Part shown: positions 9,716-18,384 of the stretch, one piece after another
How the letters are laid out: every line of letters starts with the position of its first letter
Position numbering within the stretch: the stretch's first letter is position 1
Assembly (NCBI GenBank): GCA_027064425.1
Contig: JAMOPO010000052.1
Span: forward strand, 64,001-128,000
Length of the DNA stretch: 64,000 bases
Direction of reading: 5' to 3'
Source of the DNA: Methanobacteriota archaeon
GTDB lineage: Archaea; JAADCQ01; Methanopyri; Methanopyrales; Methanopyraceae
Notes under the pieces: model-generated
The model's input: only the letters and a program-made list of their open reading frames with translations
The model's database searches: none
What the model was told of the DNA's origin: nothing
Program-made: the position numbers and the translations under genes

Positions 9716-9779
9716 GGGCGCTCCCCCCGCCCGCCCCCTTTTCGGTTGACAATAAGCCGTGAGCGTGAGGGGACGGGGG

Positions 9780-9850
9780 TGTCCCCCGCCCTCCGGTCCC
9801 GAGATCATCGAGCGGCGACGGCCGCCTCACCCGGGAGACCCAGACGGGGG
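9780..9850 (-). ncRNA. Box H/ACA-type guide RNA, single hairpin with K-turn
   Basis: Lower stem CCCCCGUC/GGCGGGGG followed directly by ACA; pocket UGGGUC/CCGGAG; upper stem with K-turn (UGA / GAU-GAU); ACA lies 14 nt from the upper stem. Confidence 0.8.
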
Positions 9851-9893
9851 TCATCCTTTGAGGATCTGACCCCCGTGCGCCCGCCCCCGATTC

Positions 9894-9906
9894 GGTTTAA
9901 TTAGTT
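9894..9906 (-). promoter_or_regulatory. Candidate TATA box for the H/ACA RNA / gltX transcript
   Basis: CTAATTAAACC on the minus strand in GC-rich DNA; a similar CTAATTAACC precedes the gene at 21507. Confidence 0.45.
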
Positions 9907-9930
9907 CCCCGGCGCCCGCCCCACGCGCGG

Positions 9931-9946
9931 GGAAAGCTTTTTATAG
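9931..9946 (+). promoter_or_regulatory. BRE-TATA promoter of tRNA-Lys
   Basis: GGAAAGC-TTTTTATAG about 30 nt upstream of the tRNA 5' end. Confidence 0.8.
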
Positions 9947-9975
9947 GACGGGCCCGCTGGCCGGGCCTGGACGCC

Positions 9976-10053
9976 GGGCCGGCAGCTCAGTCTGGTCAGA
10001 GCGCGGGACTTTTAATCCCGTGGTCCCGGGTTCAAATCCCGGCCGGCCCACCA
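9976..10053 (+). tRNA. tRNA-Lys(UUU) with encoded CCA and C at position 8
   Basis: Acceptor GGGCCGG/CCGGCCC, D arm GCTC/GAGC, anticodon arm CGGGA-CTTTTAA-TCCCG, T arm CCGGG-TTCAAAT-CCCGG, 3' ACCA. Confidence 0.97.
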
Positions 10054-10119
10054 GCCCGGATCGTTACGAGTCCCAAAACGTTTCGTGTGTAATAACGACC
10101 GCCCGGGGCGTGGGGGCGT

Positions 10120-11904
10120 CTACATCCGCTCGAGCGCCGGGATGCCGAGCAGGTTCATGACGTTCTCCATGACGATGGTGAACGCCTCGACCAGCTTCAG
10201 CCGCGCCTTTCGGACCTCCTCGTCCTCCGCGTGCAGCACCGGCACCTCCTCGTAGAACGTGTGGAACGCCCGGGCGAGCTCGTAGGCGTACTCCGCCAGG
10301 ATGTCCGGGCGCCGCTTCCGCACGCACTGAGCCACCTGCCGCGGGAACATGGACATCTTGAACACCAGCTCGAACGAGTGATCGTCGTCCAGGTAGGCCG
10401 CGTCAAACCGCTGCACCTCCTCGTCAGCCTGCCGCAGGATCGACTTAGCGCGCGTGTAGGCGTACTGGATGAACGGGCCGCCCCGGCGGAAGTCCAGGGC
10501 CTCGTCCCAGTCGAACTCTATGGGCTTGTTCGGGCTGACGCGGGCGATGGCGAACCGGACGGCCCCGATGGCCACGTTCTCCGCGATCTCCTCCCGCTCC
10601 TCCTCGTCCAGGTCCTCGGCGACGCCCGCCTCCTTCATCTTCTCCAGCGCGCGCTTCTTGGCCTCGTCCAGGAACTCGTCCAGGGTCACGTACCGGCCCT
10701 TCCGGGTCGACATCGAGCCCTCGGGCAGGTGGATGAACTCGTAGAAGATCACGTCCACGCGGTCCGGGTCCGCGTCCAGGATGTCGAGCACCGCCTTCAG
10801 CTGCTGCACGGCGAGCTTGTGGTCGGCCCCGAGCACGTCGATGACGAACGCGGCCCGCTTGAGCTTCCACAGGTGGTACGCGATGTCTCGCGTCGTGTAG
10901 AGGGTCGTACCGTCGCTCCGGGTGAGCACGAGCTCCTTGTCGATCCCGTAGTCCTCCAGGTCGAGGATCACGGCCCCGTCGTCGCGCTTCTCCGCCGCGC
11001 CCATGTCCACGAGCTTCTCGACGATCTCGACCGCATCCTCCACGAACTCGCTCTCGTACACGAACCGATCGTGGGCCACGCGGAGCCGCTCCAGGGTCTC
11101 GATGTGACCCTTTAGGCACTCCTCGACCACGACCTGGAACGCCTCCGCGATGCGCTCGGCCCGGGACTCCTCGTCCAGCAGGTACCGCTCGTAGGAGCGC
11201 AGGAAGCGCTCCACGACCTCCTCCAGCTCGGGGTCCTCCTCGATCTCCTTCGCGGCCTCCGCGTACAGCTCGCCGAAGAACTCGTCCGGCTTCTTGTCCT
11301 CTGGAACCTCCGGCCGCCCCTCCTTGATGTACTTCCAGGCGAGCATCGCGATCTGCTTGCCCATGTCGTTCACGTAGTACTGCACCTCAACGTCGTAGTT
11401 CGTGAACACCATGCACCGGGCCAGGATGTCGCCGATGATCGCGTTCCTGCCGTGGCCGATGTGGAGCGGGCCGTTCGGGTTCGCGCTGGTGTGCTCCAGG
11501 ATCGCGGGCCGACCCATGCCCAGGTCCAGCGAGCCGTACTCCTCCTCGTAATAGAAGATCGATCGCAGGACGAGGGCGGCGTACTGGGGCCGGTTCAGCC
11601 TGATGTTGATGTAACCCGGCCCGTCCACCCGGGCCTCGTCGACGAGGACGACCTCGTCCAGGTCCGACTCCTCGAGGATCGTCTCCGCGATCTTCCTGGG
11701 CTCCTCGCCCACCTCCTTCGCCAGCGAGAGGGCGACGGGCGTGGCCACGTCCACGTCCTCGACCGGTGGCTCCGGATCCACCGGCACCTCCACGGGCTCG
11801 TCGACGTCGTACGCCGAGGAGATGGCGTCGCGGATCGAGGTCCGGATCGTGCGGACGAGAACCGAGTACGGGTCGTGGGGTGGAGCCTCCTCTTCCTCCG
11901 CCAA
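10120..11904 (-). CDS. argS: Arginyl-tRNA synthetase
   Basis: EHTSANPNGPLHIGHGRN, RSDGTTLY, MSTRKG, IQYAYTR. Confidence 0.97.
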   Translation of the reverse strand: MAEEEEAPPHDPYSVLVRTIRTSIRDAISSAYDVDEPVEVPVDPEPPVEDVDVATPVALSLAKEVGEEPRKIAETILEESDLDEVVLVDEARVDGPGYINIRLNRPQYAALVLRSIFYYEEEYGSLDLGMGRPAILEHTSANPNGPLHIGHGRNAIIGDILARCMVFTNYDVEVQYYVNDMGKQIAMLAWKYIKEGRPEVPEDKKPDEFFGELYAEAAKEIEEDPELEEVVERFLRSYERYLLDEESRAERIAEAFQVVVEECLKGHIETLERLRVAHDRFVYESEFVEDAVEIVEKLVDMGAAEKRDDGAVILDLEDYGIDKELVLTRSDGTTLYTTRDIAYHLWKLKRAAFVIDVLGADHKLAVQQLKAVLDILDADPDRVDVIFYEFIHLPEGSMSTRKGRYVTLDEFLDEAKKRALEKMKEAGVAEDLDEEEREEIAENVAIGAVRFAIARVSPNKPIEFDWDEALDFRRGGPFIQYAYTRAKSILRQADEEVQRFDAAYLDDDHSFELVFKMSMFPRQVAQCVRKRRPDILAEYAYELARAFHTFYEEVPVLHAEDEEVRKARLKLVEAFTIVMENVMNLLGIPALERM

Positions 11905-11918
11905 GCGGACCTACCCCT

Positions 11919-13154
11919 CTAACCCGGTCTGAACCTTAGCAACGCTCCGAGCCCGTTAAACGCCTGGTGGAACTGCGCGCCCTCCTCCGTCTCGGTTGAA
12001 ATTATCTCCACCCGAGCACCCATCTGCTCCGCCAGCTCGATGTAGTAATCCACGATCTCCTTAACGTCCTCCACCTCCAGCTCCGCCTCCCCGCACTCCG
12101 GGCACTCGCCGACGCGCTCCTCCACCTCCTCCTTCTCCCGGACCGTGATCACCTCCTCGTGCCCGCACTCCGGGCACCGGAGCACGGCCTTGTAACCCTC
12201 CAGCTCCTCCGAGATCAGCAGCGTCTCAACGGCGCCCATCCGGAGCATCCGCTCGACCTCGTCCTCACCGTACGCCGCCAGCTCCCCGTTGACCGCCTCC
12301 TCCATGAACTTCCGCACCAGCCGCTTCTCCCGGACCAGCTCCGCCTCCTTGAGCGCGTCCTCCGCCTTGTCCAGCGCCTCCCGAATGCCCGACTCGTCGG
12401 TGTTCCCGATGTCGACCACGGCGATGACCTTCTCCTTCAGGTCCTTGGGTAGGTAGTCCCCGTCCAGGAACTCCTCCTTCGTCGGGCCGGGCCCGCCCAC
12501 GATGATGCCCTTCAGGTTGTCCACCTCCTCGAAGACCTCCCGCGCGGCCTCCCCCACCTCCTGGTAGAACTCGTGCGCCGCGTGCTCGATCAGCCGGTCG
12601 AAGCGGCGCTGCGACTGACCTCCGGCCTTGTGCTTGCCCGGCACGTCGGACTTGAGCTGCTTCTTCACCTCGATCCGCTTGCCCTTAACCAGCCCGATGG
12701 TCGCCTCGCGGCGGTCCATGACCAGGACGCCGTAAACGTCCTTCTCCTCGAGACACTCCTTCAGCGGCTCCAGGTAGAACTTCGAGTCGCAGCGGTAGAT
12801 GAACCGGTCCACGGGCTCCGGCGGCTCGATGAGCTCGGCCACCATCTTCTCCTTCGTCCCGTCCTTGACCATACCAACCAGCACGACCAGCCCGTTCTCC
12901 GGCGTCTCACCCACGGTTTTAAGCCTCTGAATGACCACTTCGATGGCGGACTGAACGTTCTTTCGAGTCCTCTTGCTCTTGATATTGCTGGCCTGTGAGT
13001 ACTCCTCCCTCATCATCGCGATCACATCACTAAGTCGCTTCTCCGGCGGGATGTATATCGTGATTAGCTCCGTGCCCTCACCCTCGAGGCTCTCCAACCT
13101 TTCTAGCATTTTTTTGAACTTGTACCGCTCGACGGTCTCGGACGCCGTCCCCAA
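11919..13154 (-). CDS. prf1: Peptide chain release factor aRF1
   Basis: ASNIKS (NIKS) and GGQSQRRF motifs, YRCD, Zn ribbon; TTG at 13154 with GGGGGA SD. Confidence 0.96.
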   Translation of the reverse strand: MGTASETVERYKFKKMLERLESLEGEGTELITIYIPPEKRLSDVIAMMREEYSQASNIKSKRTRKNVQSAIEVVIQRLKTVGETPENGLVVLVGMVKDGTKEKMVAELIEPPEPVDRFIYRCDSKFYLEPLKECLEEKDVYGVLVMDRREATIGLVKGKRIEVKKQLKSDVPGKHKAGGQSQRRFDRLIEHAAHEFYQEVGEAAREVFEEVDNLKGIIVGGPGPTKEEFLDGDYLPKDLKEKVIAVVDIGNTDESGIREALDKAEDALKEAELVREKRLVRKFMEEAVNGELAAYGEDEVERMLRMGAVETLLISEELEGYKAVLRCPECGHEEVITVREKEEVEERVGECPECGEAELEVEDVKEIVDYYIELAEQMGARVEIISTETEEGAQFHQAFNGLGALLRFRPG

Positions 13155-13181
13155 CGCGGTTCCCCCGGGGGGTGGTCGAGG

Positions 13182-13853
13182 TTGTACGCGGTCGTGGCCC
13201 TCGGTGGGTCCGTGCTCAACGTGGAAAACCCGGACCGGGTCCGGAAGGCCGCTGATCTGATCTCTGAGGCGCTGGAATCCGGGCTGAAAATCTGCGCCGT
13301 CGTCGGTGGAGGGCCCGTCGCCCGTGAGTACATAAACGTAGCGCGAGAGCTCGGAGCGCCCGAGACGGCCCTCGACGAGCTGGGCATCGCCGTCACCCGG
13401 CTGAACGCCGCCCTGCTCAACCTGGCCCTCGGCCGGCCCGAGGCCGACGTCCCGGAAACCCCCGCGGAGGCCGCGGAAACGGTGCGCCGGGAGGGCGTGG
13501 CCGTCTGCGGCGGCACGCACCCGGGCCACACCACCGACGCCGTCGGGGCCATGATCGCCGAGCTCCTCGAGGCGCCGCTGATCATCGTCACCAACGTCGA
13601 TGGCGTCTACGACCGCGATCCGAGCGAGCCCGGGGCCCAAAAGCTCCGGGAGCTGGACGCTGACGAGCTCGAGCGGCTGGCCTTCGAGGCCGACCTGGAG
13701 GCGGGCGGCAGCTTCGTGGTCGACCCAGTCGCCGCCAAGATCATCCGGCGCGGCCGCGTGACCACCCACGTCCTGTCCTGGGATGACTTCAAAAGCGTCG
13801 GGATAGAGGGCGCCCTCAAAGGCAGGCACGGGGGCACGATCATCCGGGGGTAG
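13182..13853 (+). CDS. pyrH: Uridylate kinase
   Basis: LGGSV, VVGGG, GGTHPGHTTDAV, TNVDGVYDRDP. Confidence 0.95.
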   Translation: MYAVVALGGSVLNVENPDRVRKAADLISEALESGLKICAVVGGGPVAREYINVARELGAPETALDELGIAVTRLNAALLNLALGRPEADVPETPAEAAETVRREGVAVCGGTHPGHTTDAVGAMIAELLEAPLIIVTNVDGVYDRDPSEPGAQKLRELDADELERLAFEADLEAGGSFVVDPVAAKIIRRGRVTTHVLSWDDFKSVGIEGALKGRHGGTIIRG

Positions 13854-13858
13854 GCGCG

Positions 13859-14056
13859 GTGACGGAGCGCGACCGCGTCCCACCACACTCTCACTGCGTC
13901 GTGTGCGGCGCCGCGATCCCGGAGGGGGAGCGCTTCTGCAGCGAGAAGTGCCGACGGGAGTACGAACGCCGACGGCGCAGGGTCGTCCTTACCCAGTGGG
14001 CCCTTGCGGGCGGTCTGATCGCCCTGGGCGTCGTGCTCATGCTCCGCGGCGTTTAG
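13859..14056 (+). CDS. DUF2116-type Zn-ribbon membrane protein
   Basis: PHSHCVVCG..IP..ERFCSEKC followed by a C-terminal TM helix. Confidence 0.8.
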   Translation: MTERDRVPPHSHCVVCGAAIPEGERFCSEKCRREYERRRRRVVLTQWALAGGLIALGVVLMLRGV

Positions 14057-14064
14057 ACGCGCTC

Positions 14065-14793
14065 CTAGACGTGTTCCAGCGATGCCAACCCCTCGCCCCG
14101 CTCACCTCGAACGCCGCGTCCCGGCGTCCTCACCCGCAGCCCGGGGCAGAAGACCTCCGAACCGCCCGCCACGCGCCCCTCGTACTCGACCCACGTCAGG
14201 AACTCGTAGCCGGTCCCGGGCGTCTCGTACTCGAACGATTTCGGTATTTTCCGGTCGGTCCGGATCACCTCCAGGCACTCCGCCCCCCGGACCTCGGTGG
14301 GCGCGTACCGCGGCACGCGAGGAGGATCGCTCAGCGGCCTCCGGCCGATCCAGACCCTCGGAGGCAGCACCCGGGGCCTGTACTGCTCCAGGACGGCGTT
14401 AATGACGTCGACGAAGTCCTCTTCCAGCAACAGCGTGTCGATCATCTCGCAGACGACGACGTCAGCGTCGATCTCAACGCTCCGAGCGTCGGCTTTCACG
14501 ACCTCCCAGCTGACCTCCTTGGGCGCGTGCTTCCTGAGGTTCTTCTCCAGCAGCCGCGCCCGCTTAGGGTGCCTCTCCACCGCGACGACGCGCCGGGCGC
14601 CCGCGTTCGCGGCGACGACTGAGAGGGGACCCGTGCCGGCACCCAGGTCCGCGAAGTCGGCGCCGTCGGCCCAGTCGTACACCATCCGGGCGAAAACGCT
14701 CGTCCGGTCCTCGTCCCGGAGCAGGTCGTCCTGGTAGGCGTCCACGAGCAGGCGGAAGGTCCCGGCCGGCGTCTTGAGCGTTCGCACCTGCAT
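14065..14793 (-). CDS. Class I SAM-dependent methyltransferase
   Basis: ADLGAGTGPLS, VAVE, ADVVVCEMIDTLL. Confidence 0.85.
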   Translation of the reverse strand: MQVRTLKTPAGTFRLLVDAYQDDLLRDEDRTSVFARMVYDWADGADFADLGAGTGPLSVVAANAGARRVVAVERHPKRARLLEKNLRKHAPKEVSWEVVKADARSVEIDADVVVCEMIDTLLLEEDFVDVINAVLEQYRPRVLPPRVWIGRRPLSDPPRVPRYAPTEVRGAECLEVIRTDRKIPKSFEYETPGTGYEFLTWVEYEGRVAGGSEVFCPGLRVRTPGRGVRGERGEGLASLEHV

Positions 14794-14796
14794 GCC

Positions 14797-15339
14797 TCAG
14801 CTCTCCGCTGCCTCCCGCTTCTTCTCTCGGCCCTGCTCCTCGGCCTCCCGATCCTCCTCCCTCCCCGTTTTCAGCTTGATCACGTAGTCCGCGGCGTTCT
14901 GGAGCGCCGTGCTGAACCCGGGCTCGGCACCGATCACGATGGTGACCTTGCCCATCTCCTTCGCCTTCGCGATGATCGGGAGGAAGTCCGTGTCGCGCGT
15001 CATCAGGGCCAAGGCGTTCACGCTGTCACTGTACACGATTTCCATCGCCTCGACGGCCAGGTACACGTCCACGTCACCCGGGATGACCCGGGGAACGAAG
15101 CCCTGGTTAGCCACCGCCTCGATGAGCTTGTCGGAGGCGTACTGGTTGAGGAAGGCCAGCCCGATGCGAATCGTCCCGAGCTCCTCGACCAGCTCTCGCA
15201 CCTCCTTCAGGCTGATGTCGAACTCACGCCGGAGCATGTTTGGACCGTCGATCAGCATCGCGATGTCCAGATCGCCCTTCTTGGTCTTCCGCTTGATGAC
15301 GCCGCTCATGTAATCCTTCACGGTATCCAGCAAGCTCAC
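14797..15339 (-). CDS. NYN-domain protein (TIGR00288 family)
   Basis: IDGPNMLR, GDVDV, TRDTDFLP, GFSTALQNAAD. Confidence 0.88.
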   Translation of the reverse strand: MSLLDTVKDYMSGVIKRKTKKGDLDIAMLIDGPNMLRREFDISLKEVRELVEELGTIRIGLAFLNQYASDKLIEAVANQGFVPRVIPGDVDVYLAVEAMEIVYSDSVNALALMTRDTDFLPIIAKAKEMGKVTIVIGAEPGFSTALQNAADYVIKLKTGREEDREAEEQGREKKREAAES

Positions 15340-16109
15340 CCACCCTGATCGGCTGTGAATACGCGTAGTCGAGTCTCACCCGGACAGAAGTGGAATGGGA
15401 AGGATTCAACGATTGCAACGTCCACGACTCCGGCACGGGCGAGCAACGGTGTCAAGTTTGGGCAAGTTTGGGAGTATAGCATTATGGGACCGCGGTGACG
15501 GGCCACGATGCGCTTGAACGAGCCGTTCGCCAGCACCATTCCCGTGGCGACGATTGGGAACTCGCCCAGCTCCGCGCGCCGCGGGACGCTCACCCGGGGG
15601 TCCGCGTCCACCACCCCTCTCAGCAGCCCCCTCCGCTTGAGCTCCCGGTGGATCGCGCTCGAGTACCCAATCAGCAGCGCGCTCTCTCCGAAGCGGTCCT
15701 CCACCGTGTCCGCTATGACCCTGGCTCGCAGCTTTTCAGCCTTCCTATAACTTCGAGGGAGCCTCTCGGAGAACAGCGGCGAGACCTCACCGGACCGGGC
15801 GCTGGCCATAGCGTCCAGGGCTAGGGCGCTCAGGTGCGAGGGAGCCGAGGAGCGCCACACCGACTTAAGCCGCCGACCCAGCAGGCTCGGCCCGGACCCG
15901 AGCCCGCTGGGGTGCAGCACGGCGCCCTCGAGACCTCTTTCCGTTTTGATCATTATAACGATGTCGTCGTGCACGCGCTCCCCGTCCGGGGGCCTGCGAG
16001 CGCCGCTCAAGGTGAGCACCGAGGCGATGCGGTCGTCCGTTCTCCTATCCCTCACCAGCCTCCTTACCACCCTGGAATAGGTCCGCCAGCGCCCGGTCAT
16101 CGCACTCAC
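15336..16109 (-). CDS. Hypothetical protein, DUF364/Rossmann-like
   Basis: ALDA, LLIGY, ATGMVLANGSF, YSQT, ESFPF; basic protein with atypical codon usage. Confidence 0.55.
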   Translation of the reverse strand: MSAMTGRWRTYSRVVRRLVRDRRTDDRIASVLTLSGARRPPDGERVHDDIVIMIKTERGLEGAVLHPSGLGSGPSLLGRRLKSVWRSSAPSHLSALALDAMASARSGEVSPLFSERLPRSYRKAEKLRARVIADTVEDRFGESALLIGYSSAIHRELKRRGLLRGVVDADPRVSVPRRAELGEFPIVATGMVLANGSFKRIVARHRGPIMLYSQTCPNLTPLLARAGVVDVAIVESFPFHFCPGETRLRVFTADQGG

Positions 16110-16389
16110 CCGACGCGTCCCGCCTGCCGACCTGCACCTCCGGCTCGCCGTAGCGCTCCAGCACGGACCTCACGACCTCGCTCGGGTCTCCCTCCCCCTT
16201 CACGTCCACCAAAATAACGTACTCTCGCGCGGCGCGGTCTCCGGCCAGGACCAGCGCTCCCTCGTTCACCGCCACGCGCTCGACCTCGAACCCCTCCGCC
16301 CGGAGCGCCCTCCCCAGCCGCTCCTCCAGCTCGCGCGGTTTAAGAGATTTGGTGGAGAGGAGGTGGGCGTCGATCATCAGCCGGCTCAT
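16045..16389 (-). CDS. Hypothetical protein
   Basis: ATG at 16389 overlaps the phoH-like stop (ATGA); typical codon usage. Confidence 0.55.
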   Translation of the reverse strand: MSRLMIDAHLLSTKSLKPRELEERLGRALRAEGFEVERVAVNEGALVLAGDRAAREYVILVDVKGEGDPSEVVRSVLERYGEPEVQVGRRDASGECDDRALADLFQGGKEAGEG

Positions 16390-17516
16390 GCCTGCTCGAC
16401 CTCCAGACCCATGCCGAGGAGCTCCTGCAGCACCTCCTCGACGAACCTGGCGTACCGGCCTCGCTGGCCCATGAACGGGCCGAAGTCCTTCTGGTCGATC
16501 CACACCTTCAGGTTCGGTCCGGCGATGTCCACGTCGACGATGCGCTCGCCGATCCACGGCACCGGGTGGATGTCCGCGATGAAGTCGATGAAGTCCAGCG
16601 TCAGGTGCGTGACCACGATCCGCATGTTCGTCTCTGCCTCGATGTTGTCGATCCGCTCACCGCCGGTGCCGACCACCCGGCCCACGTGACCCTCCTTGGT
16701 CACGATCACGGCCTGCGGCACGTTCTCCGTGTCGATCTCCAGGTCCTCGGCGATGGGCTCAACGTACAGGACCGTGAGCACGTCAGCGTCCGGCGCCTCG
16801 ACCTTGACCACGTCCATGATCTCCTGCTCCACGTCGTTCAGCTCGCGGTTGCGGACGCGGATCTCCAGCTGCAGGTGCACGCCTCGCTCCGCGCCGGGCC
16901 GCACGATGTCCCGGGTGCCTAGGTCGATCACCGCGGCCTTGGGCTCCTCCGCCAGGATCTCTCGCATGACCGTGGCACCGCACCGCTCCACGTCGATGTC
17001 CTTCTGGAAGACCGGGTCACCGGTGATCAGCAGGCGGGAGTTGTGGCCCATCCGTGCCAGGACCTCGCCGGCGTTCTCCGGCAGCATGTTCTGGACCTCG
17101 TCCAGCAGGATCACGGCGTCGTCGAACGTGCGCCCCCGGACGAAGTGCGTGTCGACGATCATGATCTTCTCCTCTTCCATCAGCCGCTTGAGCTCCCGCC
17201 GACCGGTGAACTGCGAGAGCACGTCCATCACCGGCGTGACGACCATCTCCTCGAACTTCTCCGGCACGTCGGCGGAGCTCATCTCCTCCTTCGTCGCCAC
17301 GTCGACGAGCGGCCGCGTGACGATGAACTTCTCGTACTCGCCCTCCATCACCGCCTTCACGCCGTAGGCGGCGCAGAAGAGCGTCTTACCGGTCCCCGTC
17401 GGGCCGAACACGGCCACGATCTCGTTCTCCTCGTCCAGCAGGGCCTCGTACAGCTCCTTCTGACCGTCCGTCTGGGGCTCTACCCCGAGCAGGTCCTCCA
17501 CCATCTCGCCCTCCAC
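16386..17516 (-). CDS. PhoH-family ATPase with C-terminal KH domains
   Basis: GPTGTGKT, RGRTF, LLDEVQN, ITGDP; C-terminal GRVVGTGG and GPFMGQRG KH loops. Confidence 0.9.
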   Translation of the reverse strand: MEGEMVEDLLGVEPQTDGQKELYEALLDEENEIVAVFGPTGTGKTLFCAAYGVKAVMEGEYEKFIVTRPLVDVATKEEMSSADVPEKFEEMVVTPVMDVLSQFTGRRELKRLMEEEKIMIVDTHFVRGRTFDDAVILLDEVQNMLPENAGEVLARMGHNSRLLITGDPVFQKDIDVERCGATVMREILAEEPKAAVIDLGTRDIVRPGAERGVHLQLEIRVRNRELNDVEQEIMDVVKVEAPDADVLTVLYVEPIAEDLEIDTENVPQAVIVTKEGHVGRVVGTGGERIDNIEAETNMRIVVTHLTLDFIDFIADIHPVPWIGERIVDVDIAGPNLKVWIDQKDFGPFMGQRGRYARFVEEVLQELLGMGLEVEQA

Positions 17517-17525
17517 CCCCAGCCG

Positions 17526-18323
17526 TCATCTACCGAACCTTCTCTCCCGCTTCTGGAAGTCTCGGATCGCCCGGAGCAGGTCGATCTTGCGGAACTCAGG
17601 CCAGTACACGTCCACGAAGTACAGCTCGGAGTACGCGGAGTACCACAAGAGGAAGTTACTCAACCGCTCCTCACCGCTCGTCCGGATGATGAGCTCAGGA
17701 TCGGGCAGGTCACCCACGTAGATGTAGTCGCGGAACGTCTCCTCGTCTATGTCGTGCGGGTTCAACCGGCCCGATTTAACGTCTTGGGCTATCTCTCGCA
17801 CCGCATCGATGATTTCCTGTCTGCCCCCGTACGCCACCGCCACGTTCAGGAACCGCTCCGAGTAGTCCCGCGTGGCCTCCTCCGCCGCCTTGATCGCCTC
17901 CCGCACCCGACGAGGCAGGAGGTGCAGTCGACCCACCGCTCGGATGGCCACCTTCCGCCGGTGAATCCGCTCGCTCTTCGCCAGCGCCCGAAACCGCTCC
18001 TCCATCAGGTCGAAGAGGCGCCGCAGCTCCTCCTTAGGACGGTTCAGGTTCTCGGTGGAGAGGGCGTAAACCGTGACGATCCTAACGCCGAGATCGTAGC
18101 ACCACTCCAGCACCTCCTCGAGCTTGTTCGCCCCGTAACGGTGCCCCTCCCACGGCTTCAACCCAAGCTCTCGGGCGAACCTCCGATTACCATCCATTAT
18201 GATGCCGACGTGCTCGGGGATCTTCCCCCGCCGCACCTTCCGCTCCAGCACCCGCTCGTACATCTTATATACCGGCTTGAGGGACGCCCGGACGACCTGC
18301 CTCATTGCGCGGCGTGGGCTCAT
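17526..18323 (-). CDS. uppS: cis-prenyltransferase (undecaprenyl-diphosphate synthase)
   Basis: HVGIIMDGNRR, STENLNR, YGGRQEI, RTSGEERLSNFL; start codon uncertain. Confidence 0.95.
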   Translation of the reverse strand: MSPRRAMRQVVRASLKPVYKMYERVLERKVRRGKIPEHVGIIMDGNRRFARELGLKPWEGHRYGANKLEEVLEWCYDLGVRIVTVYALSTENLNRPKEELRRLFDLMEERFRALAKSERIHRRKVAIRAVGRLHLLPRRVREAIKAAEEATRDYSERFLNVAVAYGGRQEIIDAVREIAQDVKSGRLNPHDIDEETFRDYIYVGDLPDPELIIRTSGEERLSNFLLWYSAYSELYFVDVYWPEFRKIDLLRAIRDFQKRERRFGR

Positions 18324-18384
18324 GGACGCGATCCTGTCAAGGACCGGCGGTAACTTCCGCTCACCCCCTCGGGGGGTCGGCACG

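Noticed and set aside
175-9904. Long plus-strand ORFs (e.g. 1483..3330, 5849..7513, 8744..9904) and similar antisense ORFs throughout the window
   Set aside because: Shadow ORFs of GC-rich genes on the opposite strand; no recognisable motifs and composition mirrors the real genes
10054-10119. AT-rich imperfect inverted repeat (TCGTTA...TAACGA) after tRNA-Lys, considered as an att site or mobile-element scar
   Set aside because: No integrase and no duplicated tRNA 3' end seen in the window; more likely a terminator region between convergent genes
13155-13886. Apparent 244-aa N-terminal extension of aRF1
   Set aside because: It is the antisense of pyrH; aRF1 homology starts at TTG 13154, which has its own SD
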